Shown: one piece after another, positions 1 to 13,722 of the stretch
Numbering within the stretch: position 1 is the first letter of the stretch
How the letters are laid out: the number at the start of each line of letters is the position of its first letter
NCBI GenBank assembly: GCA_963924565.1
Contig: OZ004607.1
Location: 7,998,001-8,062,000, forward strand
Source: Ascidiella aspersa
Taxonomy: Eukaryota
DNA: 64,000 bases
Direction of reading: 5' to 3'
The notes under the pieces: model-generated
Seen by the model: the letters and a program-made list of their open reading frames with translations, nothing else
Database searches by the model: none
Told to the model about the DNA's origin: nothing
Program-made: the position numbers and the translations under genes

Positions 1-3000
1 CGGAAAATTTATCAGTTTAGATTTCCCCAAAACGTAAAAAAATGGTAAAAAGGCCTTACTCAAAGCGCTTGTACAAAGCAAAAGTTGTCGTCCAAAAAAC
101 ATAACCAAATCACTTAAAATACTTCTGTTTTTGAAGCAGCCGTTTATTCCAGACAACTTTTATGTCCGTTTATTCCAGACATAAAAACGGTCAGGTTTTA
201 AAGAGACAAAATGCAAAAAATCAAAAAATTTAACCAGCACATTTAAGCAGCCCGGGTAGAAAGGTGGACAAAAATAACTTTTAAAAGCGGCTTTGAAATC
301 CAGCCCGAGCGCTAAGCTCTCTCCTCCGGCCCGGGCGCGACAAATGTGTCGCAATGATTCTGTCCCTGTCGCGCGCATTAATATTTCACAAGGCCTTTAA
401 CGCGACGTCGCGTGTCGCGCATGCATCAGCGCCTTTCGGGCGAAAATAAACCGAGCGAAAAATTTCGCGGCGTGCTGTTGATTCAAGAGCTGACAAAAGG
501 GCGGAAAGCTCGCCCTTTGTGTCGCATGTCGCTGGCCGCGGTTCGTAGCGCGACACGTCGCTCGTTGTTGTTACAGGCGGGCGAATTGTGTTTTTGCGAC
601 CAGCCCGTTTTAGCTGCAACCCGGCTAGAGCAAAACCAACAAGATTTCTGTGTCGGCTATACACAAGCCTATAACACGAGCTGTACGTGAGGTAACAACA
701 TTTTTTGACGTTTTTGTTAAAACCAAGGCCAAGTTTTCCTGTTTTGATATGTTTTTGTTTCAATCGGCCAGAAATTGTGTTCTGTAAAGGTGTAAAACGG
801 TCATCCACACAGTGCAGACTGTATGTTATAACTTCAAGTTGTGTATTTATGTCGAAATAAGAACTTTCGCATCTGTAAAAATTTGTAAAACTTTAATCAC
901 AACCATTGTTTCTGTTTATAATTCAATGTTTTTTATTCATTGAACGTCGAAAATTGATAAGATTTTTGTTTTTTGGATGAAAATATGTTTTAGAAACTTG
1001 TACCTTTATGATTCAAATTAATTGGGAGTCACACGATAACGATCGATTTTAGAAAACACACACCCTCGAAAAATTCAACGGTAATCGCGATTTCATCAAC
1101 ACAATAAAATATACCTCAGGGAACTTCACTGATATCCAGGAAAGTCTGTAGTCGGCTTTAAGTCATCAGCCCTAGGGTGATATCGAGCATAGCTTCATTA
1201 TTTATTCTCGACTTGCAAAACAAAGTCGGCCTGATAACGATTTAAAAGATTCGCCGATTTTTTGCGCCGTCGTATTTATTTTCGATTGACCCGCCCCTGT
1301 GGCATAAAACCCATAAAAGGATCAATAGCCTGGAAAACTTCAACTTTCCCGAGGTCGGCTGCCCGCGCCTAATGGGAGAGTGTGACTGTTTAGAGCTTGT
1401 TCGGGACGCCGCGTTTTTGTGTTTTGTGTCTATGCCTAAAGTGGCAAATATTGGCGATGTTTTGGCAATCGATAGTAATTAATCCGGGAAGTTAAAAAAG
1501 GCGACCTTTTTTCAGCACGTTCAGCACATTATTACCTTGCTTCAAAAAAGATTTTTGGAAAATCGAGCTATAAACTGTCTGAAAAACACTTTGTATCACT
1601 TTTCTTTAGAAGTAGTTTAGATATATTTCTCTAAGCTTTTGTTTTTTGTCCTGAGTTTCGTGCCATTTTGCTATTTCAAAGTCCATAGAAATTACAACAG
1701 TACAGCCAAGCATTTGCAATTTTAAACCTGTTGTTTGCAAGGCGTTTTAAGTTTCCAAACCCCTTAACTTTTTTCCTCTAAAAATATTAATTTAAATTTT
1801 TAAGGAGAGAGAATTTTTCTAATCGATGGGTAAACTTTACACCGCGAGAACGGCTTACAGTTGGGTTTGACGGTTTATGACGTCAAAAGTTTCCATTGTT
1901 TTACTGGAACACTCACACAATGACACAGACTTTTATACCGACTTAGGAGAATTTTCATAGCAAAGGTTCCCAAACCTTTTCAATGGCGAGTTTATTTTAC
2001 TTACTTAAATAATCGATCAAAAATGAACTTTCAAGACGAGAAAAATTAAAAACGCGTACAGTTGAAGTCGGTTCGCTGATTGGAAACAACACAACGTAGC
2101 AGTAAGCCACCAGCAGTTGTATTCACTCTATCCAAGCCGGCCAACAGATTTGCGTCAGTCCCTCTGTACAGCTAACGGAGCCACTCCACGCATCCCGACG
2201 CTCCCATTATGACGTCACACCATATCGCGCCCAGCTGCGTGCCTCGATGTGAATCTGTCAAGAGCCCAGGCCCGAGCCCGCGCTCGAAAGGGCGTCGAGC
2301 CAGCGTAGGTGAAAACGCTACAAACCCGACCAGCGACGCTTCCAAGCCAGTTGCAGGCAATTAGCGGCTGTGTTCCGTCGAATCCTGAACCGTTCCCTGG
2401 AGAGCCGATGCCTGCGCGGCCTCTGAAGACTTCGTTGGCCGCAGAAGCGAGCGCGCCGCGACCCCTGGTGTGCTCTCTGCTTGTTTGCGTTACCGGCTCC
2501 CCCCGCCTCGTCTTCCCCCTTTGGAAGTCTTCTCTTGCCTTTGCAGCGACGCGACAAGACTTCTCAATTAGCGCCATTATCGCGAAAGTAGGTCGTCACT
2601 GTCGCACAGCTGCTGTCCTATACCTTTACGCTGCCGCGTTTTCCGTAGCGACCGCCGAAGCGTTAAAGTATGACCAAAGTATAGTTTGATAGCTGTCAAT
2701 ACAGTTTGACAGCGCTCACTTGTGTTGGCGTTAAACCGTAAGCTGTAAAAGCGCCAAATATGAACGCAAAGTCTGTTCTACCACGCAAAAGTTTCATATT
2801 CCCTATTGATTCCATTAAAATTTCTCTTAAATTTAAAGGGGGATTACCTGTGCTGTGATTTACTATCTTTACCTAAATGCAATAGTGGCGTCGAATACAA
2901 ACCTTAAAAATGTCAATACAGCACCCCAAAACACTCCTAACTTCTGTAAATTCATTAAAGAGATACTTGAGTTTTGTTACGGGTCGACTTAATTGGTGAG

Positions 3001-3374
3001 TAACACTTTTACCACGACAGCATTACCTAATTTTTAAGGTAAAGGCTTCGCGGCCTCATAACAATCATCTCCTAGCTTGTTCATAACAAGCGGCCGCTTT
3101 TCGCGCTGTTCGGCCCAAAAAGCGGGCCACGAAAAAAAGGGAGCCGGCCGCTTTGCCAAGTCCTGGCGACACCCGAGACTTGGCGCGATCGAATCGCGAC
3201 CGAGACGCTGAAAAACCGCAAACTGCCGCAATTTTCGGCGGGTCAACAATATCGGGCGTTTTGGGCGCGCGCGCAGCAATTTCGCTTTCGCCAAGCGCGC
3301 CTTCTCCTTGTATCGTGCATACTTGGCAACCTAGTCGTGCCGGGAATTGTGCGCAAGAATGCGACTTGGGTTGC

Positions 3375-3424
3375 ATGGGATGTATTCTCCTCGCTATCTT
3401 TCGCCTCTCTCTGTCTCTCTCTCG
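3375..3424 (+). CDS. Possible alternative first coding exon of Islet (LIM1-less isoform)
   Basis: ATG at 3375, MGCILLAIFRLSLSLS-CG|gtaaca; the phase-2 donor joins in frame to G at 4031. Lies in a CpG-rich patch. No homology support. Confidence 0.25.
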
Positions 3425-4030
3425 GTAACAGTATCTGCGGGCGACTAACAAGTTGCAAAACTAGTAGGGTCGAGTTGCGCTTCGTCTTGCGAGAGTTTAA
3501 TTTCGTTAAAGTGCGAGATATGTTTTTTTACGCGTACACGCCACATAAAGCATGACGTCTTTCCTATGAAAATTCATTCTTTTTTTTGGTCAAGTTAATA
3601 TACAAAAAATGTGTGTTGAATTTGTAATTATTTAGTGGCCCATAACGGCGTTTCCAGCCTTTCACACTGGTGTTCTGATTTTAGTTAGAATGCATTTTTT
3701 GTTGTGTGTTAACATACCAAATTGACGTGCCACAGGATTTTACAAACTTTCCGAGTTTCGTTTTTGGGCAAGGGCTGGACTGTATTTCTTGTTGGTAGTC
3801 TTTGCTTGTCAGAGTTTGGCTTATATTTTTTATCCACCCCTTAAAAGCAAAAATTACAAGATTTTTTCATGCATATATCATATGTCATACATGCATTTTC
3901 ATACAAATCCACATTATGTGCTTTTCTGGTAAAGTTGTTTATTTTGAATATCATCATATCAATCTTGGAAAATCACAATTCAAAACACGATCACCAAGAA
4001 ATTCTGAACTCATTTTTTTGCGGTCTGCAG

Positions 4031-4239
4031 GCTGTTCGGCACCAAATGCAACAAGTGCGGAATGGGCTTTAGCAAGAACGACTTCGTGATGCGAGCGCGG
4101 GACAAGATCTACCACATTCAGTGCTTCAAGTGTGTCGCCTGCAGCCGGCAGCTGATCCCAGGAGACGAGTTCGCTCTCAGGGATGACGGGCTCTTCTGCA
4201 AGGCGGACCACGACGCAGTGGCGGCCAGCGACATGATGG
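4031..4239 (+). CDS. Isl: Islet LIM-homeobox, exon encoding LIM domain 2
   Basis: Acceptor tttttttgcggtctgcag|G, donor ATGATGG|gtaggt. Translates (R)[69 protein letters not shown](G), near-identical to the recalled Isl1 LIM2 ([61 protein letters not shown]). Phase 2 in, phase 1 out. Confidence 0.97.
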
Positions 4240-5480
4240 GTAGGTCCTGAGTGCGCTTTTGGGAGTGCTTGTTTTTTAGAACTTATATGACACAAGGATA
4301 GTTACAGATAGAGCTCAAATTCTATAAGTGCCCCTGAAATCGGCCAAATTCGACTCATAAGTCTGTAAAAATAACTGTTATTATGGCAGCATCGATTTTA
4401 TCCTTGGTTTCAATTTTAATACGTTTTTAATCGTTTTAAAACAATTTAAAAGCGGAAGAATTTTAACAAGTTTCCGTTAAAAGATTTAAGTTGCATATTA
4501 CAAAACATGACAATTTGTCCGCGGATTTAAGTTTAAATTAAACGCGTTAGTAATTTGTGATGTTAATGACCTATACAAGGCTGGATCTGTATAATTAATA
4601 AATAAACAGATGTTGAGTTGATTGTTGCGAAAAAACTTTCACTTTACCACAAACAATATCAGTTTGACTCTTCCAATACCTTACATGTTTTAACGAGTCA
4701 GTCCTTTTAATTTCTTAATTTGTAATTTTAAGAAATGCATTGTAAGCCCACATACAAAGGTTTCACAAAAGCTGTTGATGGTAAAACAATGTTTACTCCA
4801 TTACTTCTACTTTGCATATCAAGTACAAACTATATGCGCTACATAACCATAAATAACGCACTCAGGCGTGTTCAAAATGGCTGCGCAGTGTTTGCGCCTG
4901 AATCGAAACTATCCGAGTCGAATTTCGCCCAAACACGATTCGAAGAAGCCGCTATAGTTTTCCTGAAGCCCTACAGTCTACCTCCACAGACGAGGTTAAC
5001 AGTGTTGCCTAAACACGCGTAGCTGCGGCGACCCCGGGCGCAAGACATAATCGAATCATCGGGGTCGCGTCGGGCCCGTCGAACGTGGAAGGAAGAACAT
5101 TCTCCCGCGCGGTGATAACATGCCAGCGTGATGCTGTGTTCGGCGAAAATACTCGAAACGCCGCAGCTCATCTTGGCCAAACGACGCGTAATTGGCCGTC
5201 CAATATGGCTGCTTTTTATAGGCTTGCCCTGCTGTAAAGGGTCAGGGATATACGAGGCTGAAAGTTGCAAAAGAGGGTTGAAAAATGTTTAAACGCACAC
5301 GCTTGTGGTGGAAGATAGGTATTCTGTGCCTAACTAAAACAAAAACGCCCTTTGAATATGTTGTAGAGATGTGAAAAAGTGAATATGCAGGCCGCTGTGC
5401 AGCCTTGCAAACCGGTGGAAATTATTAAATGACGTAAATAACTCGCTTAAATCTTTTTGTCGAGAATTTGCGTTCCCTTG

Positions 5481-5600
5481 TTAACCCTTCTCCGTATCGA
5501 CGGTAGAGGATTGAAAAATGGGCATGAATATTAAAAATACTAGAAATACTAGCATTTTAGTTTAAGCGAGCTTCCAGCAGGGCTACGGGTAGTGGGATAA
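5481..5600. mobile_element. Possible piggyBac-like MITE
   Basis: Left end TTAA-CCCTTCTCCGTATCGACG; degenerate inverted right end GCTACGGGTAGTGGGATAA. A related terminus occurs on the minus strand at 25926-25947 (TTAA-CCCTTCTCTGTGTGGACG). Confidence 0.35.
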
Positions 5601-7785
5601 AAAAAAAAAAAAAAAAAATTAACTGCATTTTGAAAAATAAATTGAACCAAGATTACCTTAGGGTAAGCTTAACCTTAGATAAGATTACCATAGAATAAAA
5701 AACGCAACTCTAAATTCCCGGTGCTTTCCATTTATACACCAAAACCGCCCTTACAAACAAAACAATCATCAGTCTACTCTCCCCAAGCTCACCACAGCCG
5801 TGTTTATAGCCAACAAGCTGAAAGACTGTCGAGCAAGGCACAAAGAGGAGGGTTTAGTTCGGGAGGATCAAGGCGCGATTTTCTCCTGTCCGATCCTTAT
5901 CGACGGCGCGTTTTCTCGCCGTGCCGGCCGATCGCGCCGATAGCAGCGCTACGAAGGCGACCGCCGCTCTGATCGGGGCCGTGTTTTGAAGTTGTAAAAC
6001 CTGGTCTGGCCGCTTGAAGCTGTTTGGCTCTTTTCGTCAGCGGCTGAAGAGGCAAAAACGCCTTACCGGTGGAATGAAATGTGCAAATGGCGCGCCATAT
6101 TTCGCCAAAGCGCCTATCTTTAGCCTTTGGCTGTTTATAAAATAAAGCCGGCACCGTTTGTAGCAAGAAAAAATGATTACGCTTAACACACAAAATGCCT
6201 GTTTTGTTGTCACTTAAAAGGTGTCCAGCTGTTCTTTCCCAACAGACAAAATATAAAAAGCATGTTTGGCCATTTTGTGGTCAACTGGCCGATCTCTAAT
6301 TTCTCCTGTTTTTCATTTGCTATTTTAAAGCTACGCTACAGAAACGCTGATTTAGTTGACCCAATTCTGTTTATGGTGGCTGTTTGCAAACTAGTCGCCA
6401 CTGACTAAAACCTAAATAAAGTAAAGTGCACAGCTGTACAGCAGGCCCATTTGCCCGTTGTGAATCGAAACAGAACGGTACCCAAGGGTCAGCAGGAACA
6501 GGCGGCAGCGTCCAGCGCTGGCCGTCCAGGGGTCGCATCGGGCAGTCTGTGGCCGGCGCCGCGTGCCCTGGCGATTCGCCGCGCGGTCCTTCAGATTCGT
6601 TCCGGTGGGTTTTCGGCGCTGGATAAAACACAGAGATCTCCTGAACTGACCACAGAAGAGCAAATCCTCTCGGCGTGATTGACAGGCGTGCGCCGTCGCG
6701 CAGAGAGCTTGTGGCGCTTTGATCGCTCGGGGAGATTCTCCCCTGATAGCTGCTGCACTCCTGCGCTGCGAGGCCGTGTTGGATTAGCGTTCGGACGCGC
6801 CCGAAACCCGAGACGCAAAGTATAGCGCGATTCATTCCAGAGGCCCTTGCAATGAAAACATAACTATTGGTTTGGCCATAAGCCATTCTCTCACCGAAGA
6901 GATCCAGTCTCAATGAACGCAAGCATCAAAAATTAGAGTGTGCCGCTTTTAAGTCACTGAAGTGCGCAAACAAAATGCAGCTGAAATACATGAAAACGTA
7001 CAAGCCTTAAACTATGGAATACTTTTTTCAGCATAAGTAACTACAATACACTGCGAATTAAAAGGGTTTCAAGGGTAAAACTTGTTATATAGTCTTCTCA
7101 AGCTGAAAACCAACTTCAGCCACAGTCTTCGCCCCACAGCTCTGCCTTGTGTATTTAAAAAACAAGCACCTGCCAAACGGAAATTCACTGCGAAAGGCCG
7201 ACGACGCAAGGCCAAAAGCCACACGCTGCAATTATGTCGATAAGGATCGGCCGGGCTAGATCTGGGCTGCTTTGAAGCCAGATGTCGCTGCCCGCTGCTG
7301 TTTATTTGTTCTCCGATGCGATAGGGGCTCCAAGGGGAAGCGGGCGTCCGCCGCATACCTGAGCACCGCTTGCCCGAGTTAAAATAGAACCCGCTGTGCC
7401 AATGTGTACGTGTACGAACACTACAGCCGATCAAACAAGCGATCAGTAGGCGCTTAGGCCCCTTCTCCGAAACCTGCCGCAACGATGAGCTGGCGATTTG
7501 GAATTTAGCCCACTGGGAAAATAAATAGACTGTTATGTATTAGCCTAAAATCGCGCGATTGGCATTAAAGCATAATAACACAGTTTAAACATCCCTTTTT
7601 TCATTATTTTTCAAGATAAAATAAAATGGTTTGCAACATGAAAATGATGAATTCTTAAGTAATTTACTCAAATATATATTACTAAAATAAAAACAAGTTC
7701 GAGTTTAAGACCCACTTTTAAATGTAGCTCCGTTTACATCGCATAAAAATCCCTTTTGGCCCGGCCCACAACCCCAAAAACGTAT

Positions 7786-7830
7786 GTTAACTATCCTGCC
7801 CTTGATCGGGACTCGAACCCACGACCCCGG
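7786..7830 (-). repeat. tRNA-derived SINE-like fragment (B-box) in Islet intron
   Basis: Minus strand GGGGTCGTGGGTTCGAGTCCCGATCAAGGGCAGGATAGT; B-box followed by AGGATAGT, as in the 36531-36560 copy. Confidence 0.5.
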
Positions 7831-7867
7831 GAACTCGTCACTAAAACTTTTGCTTCGTCTTTCTTAG

Positions 7868-8280
7868 GCCGACACGACGCCCACCACATGCCCGGCTACC
7901 CGGCTCCCAGTGTCCCGAGCGGCGGAATCGTAAGTCCTCCGGCCCTGACGAGGATGCACGGAGGCGGAGGCTCGGATCACCACCACAAGAGTGGAGGAGG
8001 AGGAGGACATAGGAGCAGCAAGAGTAAGAACGGCAAGACGACCCGGGTGCGCACGGTGCTCAACGAGAAACAGCTGCACACGTTGCGGACTTGCTACGCG
8101 GCCAACTGCCGACCGGACGCCCTCATGAAGGAACAGCTGACCGAGATGACCGGCCTCTCGTCGCGCGTCATCCGCGTCTGGTTCCAGAACAAGCGCTGCA
8201 AGGACAAGAAGCGCTCGATCGCGCTAAAACACATGCAGGAGCAACAGGCAAAGCAGCAACAGCAGCACGGCGGTGATCAG
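7868..8280 (+). CDS. Isl: Islet exon encoding Gly/His-rich linker, homeodomain and Gln-rich stretch
   Basis: Acceptor gcttcgtctttcttag|GC completes Gly with the previous exon; donor CAG|gtaaga. Encodes [61 protein letters not shown], the diagnostic Islet homeodomain. Confidence 0.98.
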
Positions 8281-11200
8281 GTAAGACGCGCCCAACGCCT
8301 TTTACTTATACTATGGTTTTTGTTAGCCTAATGTGATCGTTATCTATTCCCACGTTAAATCTCCCCGCGTGCTAACAGGGGTAATTTCGAAGTATTTACT
8401 TTAGTTAGGGGCCTCTAGCTTTACAAAGGTGCGACAGCTGTCATGGCCTTCCTCAGTCCAAATATTTTTTTGCTCGCAGTTGACAACTTAAAGTACATCT
8501 CCCATGTGCAATGGTTTTGACACGCATTCACAAATTCCAATATACCATATACAAAGTAGAACTTTAGCGGTGTCATATTTATACAGTTTTATTCTTATCA
8601 AAATGTGTGACTTAGAACCTAATTTCATTTTTAGAATTTATTGTAAAAAAACTAATTTCAATTTTAGGAATAATTGTCGTTTTCAGGAAATTTTAAAAAG
8701 CTAATTGTCAGGATAAGATAAAACCAAACGGGCCTGATTAATTTTCTCAATCAAAACTTTAAAGCAGCGCCGAGTAAAAAATAGAAACAGTGAGCACGTT
8801 TCCGAAATCAAATTATTTCCTTTCATTAAGTTGATTAATCCGCCTTGTCAAGTTCGCCAAATCTCGGCGCGGCCAACACGCAAAACGAATTTTATTGCGC
8901 TATGCAAGGAGCTCTCCATTGAAGCAGGCGTGTCGCAAGACCTTCAGGGGGGCATTGACACCGCGAGCGCGCGTGAAAAAAAGAATACCGACCCCAGTTC
9001 TCGGCATTTGGCGGTTTTACAGCACGGGGCCGTAAATTCGTCACGCCAGAAAATCGCAATAAAGCAGAGTGACCGGCAACTTGAAAAGGAAATTGTCCGC
9101 CATACAACCTAGACTAACTAAGGCTATAATTTGCTAAATCAAAAAAGTCGGCTCTTTTTTCAGGTTTGCTTGTGTGAAAATAGGGGGGAGGGTGTAAAAA
9201 GAGAGACCTGTTTGTTTTGGTTACATGATTTTCGGTCGCACTGACTCTAGGGTGGAAAAACTTGCAAAAGTAAAAAACATTTTGCATCTAGTGCGTTTTA
9301 AAATTGTAAGGTGCAGTGGGGAAGAAAAACACAAAAAAAGTGGGTAAAAATACGATCGTGTTTGTTTTAAAGCAGCCACGTAGACGCACAAACAAGTAAA
9401 AGAAAAACATAAAATCTGGGTTAAAAAAGCGTGTTTTTTAGTTTTGCCAAAGATGTATCAAAGACACAAAATAACCTTGTTAAAAAACGCATTTCAATTC
9501 GTCTCGCGGGCTCTAAAAAAATGGATCAAAAATGCACCTCACTGTACTTTTAAAACCTGCAACTTAACTTCAACTGGCCTTAACCGTTTCCCGAAACCAG
9601 ACTGCGTGAGCACAGATGAGCAAACAAGCTCAAGCCGTGGCTGTAAATTTATTGACGCACCGAGCAGAGAAGTGAGCAGTTCAAGCATCGTCAGCCGCGT
9701 GTAGAGTCTTCCACAGTAGCTTGCCAAGAGGCGCAATGAAATAAATGTTAATCTACGCCGCTCAGCGCCTCCGTGTTTTCTGGTCGCTCACGACGCCCGT
9801 TGACATAACCTTTGAGCGCGAGGGGCGATTGTGTGCTCACAAACACACGCACACACACATGCACGTAAAGCTTACGCGTAAAGTCGCGCACACGACCGCA
9901 AACGCGCTCACATACTGTACACCTACACAGACAGAAAGACAAACACGCGCGAAGACCAAGGGACAGTTAACCAGCAGGCAAGTTTACATTGCGACCCGTT
10001 CGAAAGCTTCTCTGGTGCAACCAGATAGCATTGTGCTTTTTCACCCCCCGTGAATGCTGTCAAAGAACAAGGCTTGGTTTTCCACCCTAAAAATAGCAAG
10101 ATAACTGTATAGGAAAAACAGGAATTCATCCTTTTAAAGCATCCATGTCATAATTGTTCTGGGTGGATTGAGAAAATACGACCACCTTTAAACTAGTATA
10201 TTAACTAATGTAAGTTGTGTGGTGGAAGGGAACATCGCGCTATCGTAACTTTCCAAACGTATAGCAGCACCTTTTCGCTGCCGCAGCGCCTAAAAATAAA
10301 TCATTAATCCGGACGGCGGGCCGTGAAAAGCTTGGGCGAAAGAGAACTGAGCAAATATGTGTGTATTGGGTTAAGTTTTATCTCGCCTCCCGCTTGGCCT
10401 GGGCTATCGAGGTCACACAGGGACGCTGAAGTGGCATACCAGCCCCCCACAGAGCCAAGCAACGGCCAGTAGGATTTTAAACCGGCAGCAGCCCAAATGA
10501 CTTCAGAAACTTGAGCGGTACACACAAAAGTTTTTTGGGGGGTTGACCGCGAACCGCAATTTCAACGAATATTTTGACTAAACGCGGCGAGAATGTACGT
10601 CGTTTAAGCAATACGGTGAATATCGCAAATTGCCAAAATACAAAGGACTTTTTTCGGGAAAACACAGCTAGATTTATATTTATGGTTTACGTAAAGCCCC
10701 ACGTTTAATTGTTTTTTTTTATTTTCGAAATCAAAATGCAACTTTAAATTTAGAGTTGACCATAGGGATAGAAAAACTACTGGTAAAACTTGATAAAACT
10801 GGACAAAATTAGGGTTTATCACCCACTTTTTATACTCCTCGAAAGATTATATCGCAAAGTCGCACGTCTTTGCTTTACCATCGCAAAGACTTAAGTCACG
10901 TTATACAGTAGAATTGCACCAAAGCGTCAAGCACAGACAAATACAGCGGAAAAGCGGCAGACACACTCGGCAACCTAACACCGTGTTGGATTCGGCCGAA
11001 AAACACTTCCACTTCAACGGCGGTTAACTCGAGTTTCCACCCTTTGTCTTTGCCGGTTTTCCACCCCGCGGTTTGCTTGCGGCCTACGTTGCAATAGCGG
11101 GCGGGAAAATGGTGGACGGATGTTTTTGAGTGGACTTGTAATGCAGCCAAATGTCGCGAAAATCGGCTCGTTGCCGACAATCAAGTCTTTGGGTTACAGC

Positions 11201-12669
11201 GCACTGGCTCAATCGTTTAGTTTAGGGTAAAACAAACTGCTAGACATCAAATTAAACACCTACAGTGGTACAACAGTTAAATGGTTAAAGGTAATGTAAT
11301 TCATTCGTATTCAACATCTTGCTTATGGACACATTGTTTAAGGCTTAACATTTTACAAAGGTTTTGAAATTAATTATTTTGCTAGGGAAAATTTAATTTT
11401 GTTGCGCTTTGCAATATAGCATGGAAACACATTTCAAAGAACTGCAACAATATTTTTTAGACGTTTTTTAGCGTCCTTAACGATTTTATCTTCGCTTTGT
11501 TAATGACAATTTTTTTCAAAACGCCTTCAGAAAGCTATGCAATATTGAGAAAAGCAATTCAATGAATTATAAAAATTTTTCAACCATTAATATCGACGTT
11601 TTTTTTATTGCGTTCTTAGTGATTCAATACTCGCTTTTTTATTACACCGATGGTGACACAAGCTTTCCAAAACCCTTGAAGAAACCATAACAAAATTATG
11701 TCAAGTTAACAAAGTATGCTGGCTTTAACATTTTCATTGCAATTAATGTAAAAGATTTATTTAAAAAAATACCCAAAATAAATTAACTGGCCGTCGGAGC
11801 AGGGGTCTGTTTCAGTGCAAGGTTAGCCGCTGTAGCGCTAACAAGGAAATAAAACGTGATTTTCGCCGAACGCAAGGTCTTATCCGCCCAGCGCGCCGCA
11901 CTCGTCGAGCAATGGCTGCTGAAGGGTCGCGAATCATTGATCACTCTCAGTCCGTCCGTTTGTCCCATACTCTGGCCCGGCGCCCGACGCACACATTTGC
12001 TTTGCTCGGCAAATTGACGCTGCCGCGATAAGACGGCGACGCGCCAACAAAGAATCGGTTATTCGCCACAAGGCCGAAGAGCGTATGCTATTCTTACGGG
12101 CTTACGGAAAAGGAATTCTCTGCATATTTCAATAGCGGCGCGTTTTGTGTACGCTTGCCTTCGTCGCCGCCGAGCGATTTTCGTTTTTTTTTCCAGTGGC
12201 GTAAATGCAACGGCAAATGAAAATTACGCTGCGCTGTGACATTTTGGCGCCCTGGAATTTTTTTAAACCTATTAAAACCGCTTTCGCATTACACAACATG
12301 GGGTCGATAACTTGCGAGCCTGTTTCGTTAAAATGATAATTATTTGACAAGTTTTATGTTGGAGAGATACACTTTTAGTGGCTTTGAGAAAAAGTGTAGT
12401 TTCCTACTTTTCTTAACGTTTTATCGCTTAACCATCACGATTAGCAACCGCTAAAACCATCCCTTTTAAGAGCATCCTAAATAGACACAAGAGTTTCGAA
12501 ATAGCTAACAGATGAAAAATCAATTATGACTTTTCCAAAATATACAAAAGATTCAAAATCAAACACCCACGATTCAGCCAAACAGAAAGTGCCAAAACTA
12601 TTATGCCTTCAGTCACACCTTAAGGAAAATGACCGTTTCACTGGCTAATACGTCACTCTTTCTTTCCAG

Positions 12670-12861
12670 GGCGGTCCCAACGGCGGCCAGGCCCTCTCGG
12701 GCATGAGCGGCGTCCCGATGGTGGCGTCGGAACCGGTCCGGAACGACTCGACTGGCTCCCTGAATCCGATCGACGTCCAGAACTACCAGCAGCCAGCCTG
12801 GAAAGCTTTAAGTGACTTCGCGCTACAAAGCGAGATCGAACAACCCGCCTTCCAGCAACTG
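12670..12861 (+). CDS. Isl: Islet exon encoding the Lhx3/LIM-binding domain region
   Basis: Acceptor ctctttctttccag|, donor CTG|gtaagt, 192 bp, phase 0/0. [64 protein letters not shown] matches the recalled Isl1 GMTGTPMVAASPERHD...[32 protein letters not shown]. Not in the ORF track on this strand. Confidence 0.96.
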
Positions 12862-13722
12862 GTAAGTTTATAACACTTTTTATTTTACTTTTGGAGTCAT
12901 TTTTGGCCTGTTTAGATCCTTGGGCTTTACAGCGCTGTTCGACGAGCCATTGAAACAATTTAGGTTGCAAATCCTTCTTAAATTGATTGTTTTGGCTTTG
13001 TTTCTTTGCGACGACGTTTACCCCATTGTTACATTTGTCCAGCAAGTCAGTCCGAATGTTAAGGAACCAAATTGGTCATTAAAATTAATTGTTTTTATAC
13101 GATTCTGTCGACCCATTCCCACTGTTGTTCAGCAATATTGCATTGAATTTGGCGACAGGCACAGTTTTCAGTTTTCTTTAACTGTTTTTAAAACAATGTA
13201 GTTTTTTTGTCATACACTTTGCTTCAAGATTAGAATCCTTTGCGTTGTAGCTGTCCGTTATCCAGCACTGAGGTTTACGAACCGCCTTTTCCACGTTTTT
13301 TAATATTTCCTCTGTTTTAGTACGCAAACTATTTCCAGTCATGAAAACGTTCAAGCATTTCCGAAACAAACATAAATCTTGCTGAATCTTGATCCATACC
13401 TCAGTGACTGCTGTTTGCGCCGTAATAAATCCAAGCTTCTTTTTTAAATTTAACAGTTTTTGTCCCAATCTGTTTTTCCGCAAAACAACACAATATAGCA
13501 CATGCCACTTTTATTCACCACTGATGGTGACCAGCTCCTATTTAATACTAGTTCGTAGAGCTTCTTTTTTAACACACTGCCAACTAGCCGTTGAAAATGA
13601 GAAATAGCTTAACACCGCCTAAATTACTTACCATAGCGACCGGAGAAAGAAAAAACAACAGAAAACGGTTGACGCTATTTTAACATGCTTCTCAATAGAT
13701 AACCGTGTATTTTCTTTTCCAG

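Noticed and set aside
1-4030. Islet LIM1 exon
   Set aside because: No CxxC..WH..C pattern resembling [23 protein letters not shown] found; it presumably lies upstream of the window.
7756-7867. N-terminal extension of ORF 7756..8331
   Set aside because: Intronic read-through; the real acceptor is at 7866-7867 and the donor at 8281.
10262-10290. miR-15/16-like TAGCAGCAC
   Set aside because: Only the seed matches; no precursor-length hairpin.
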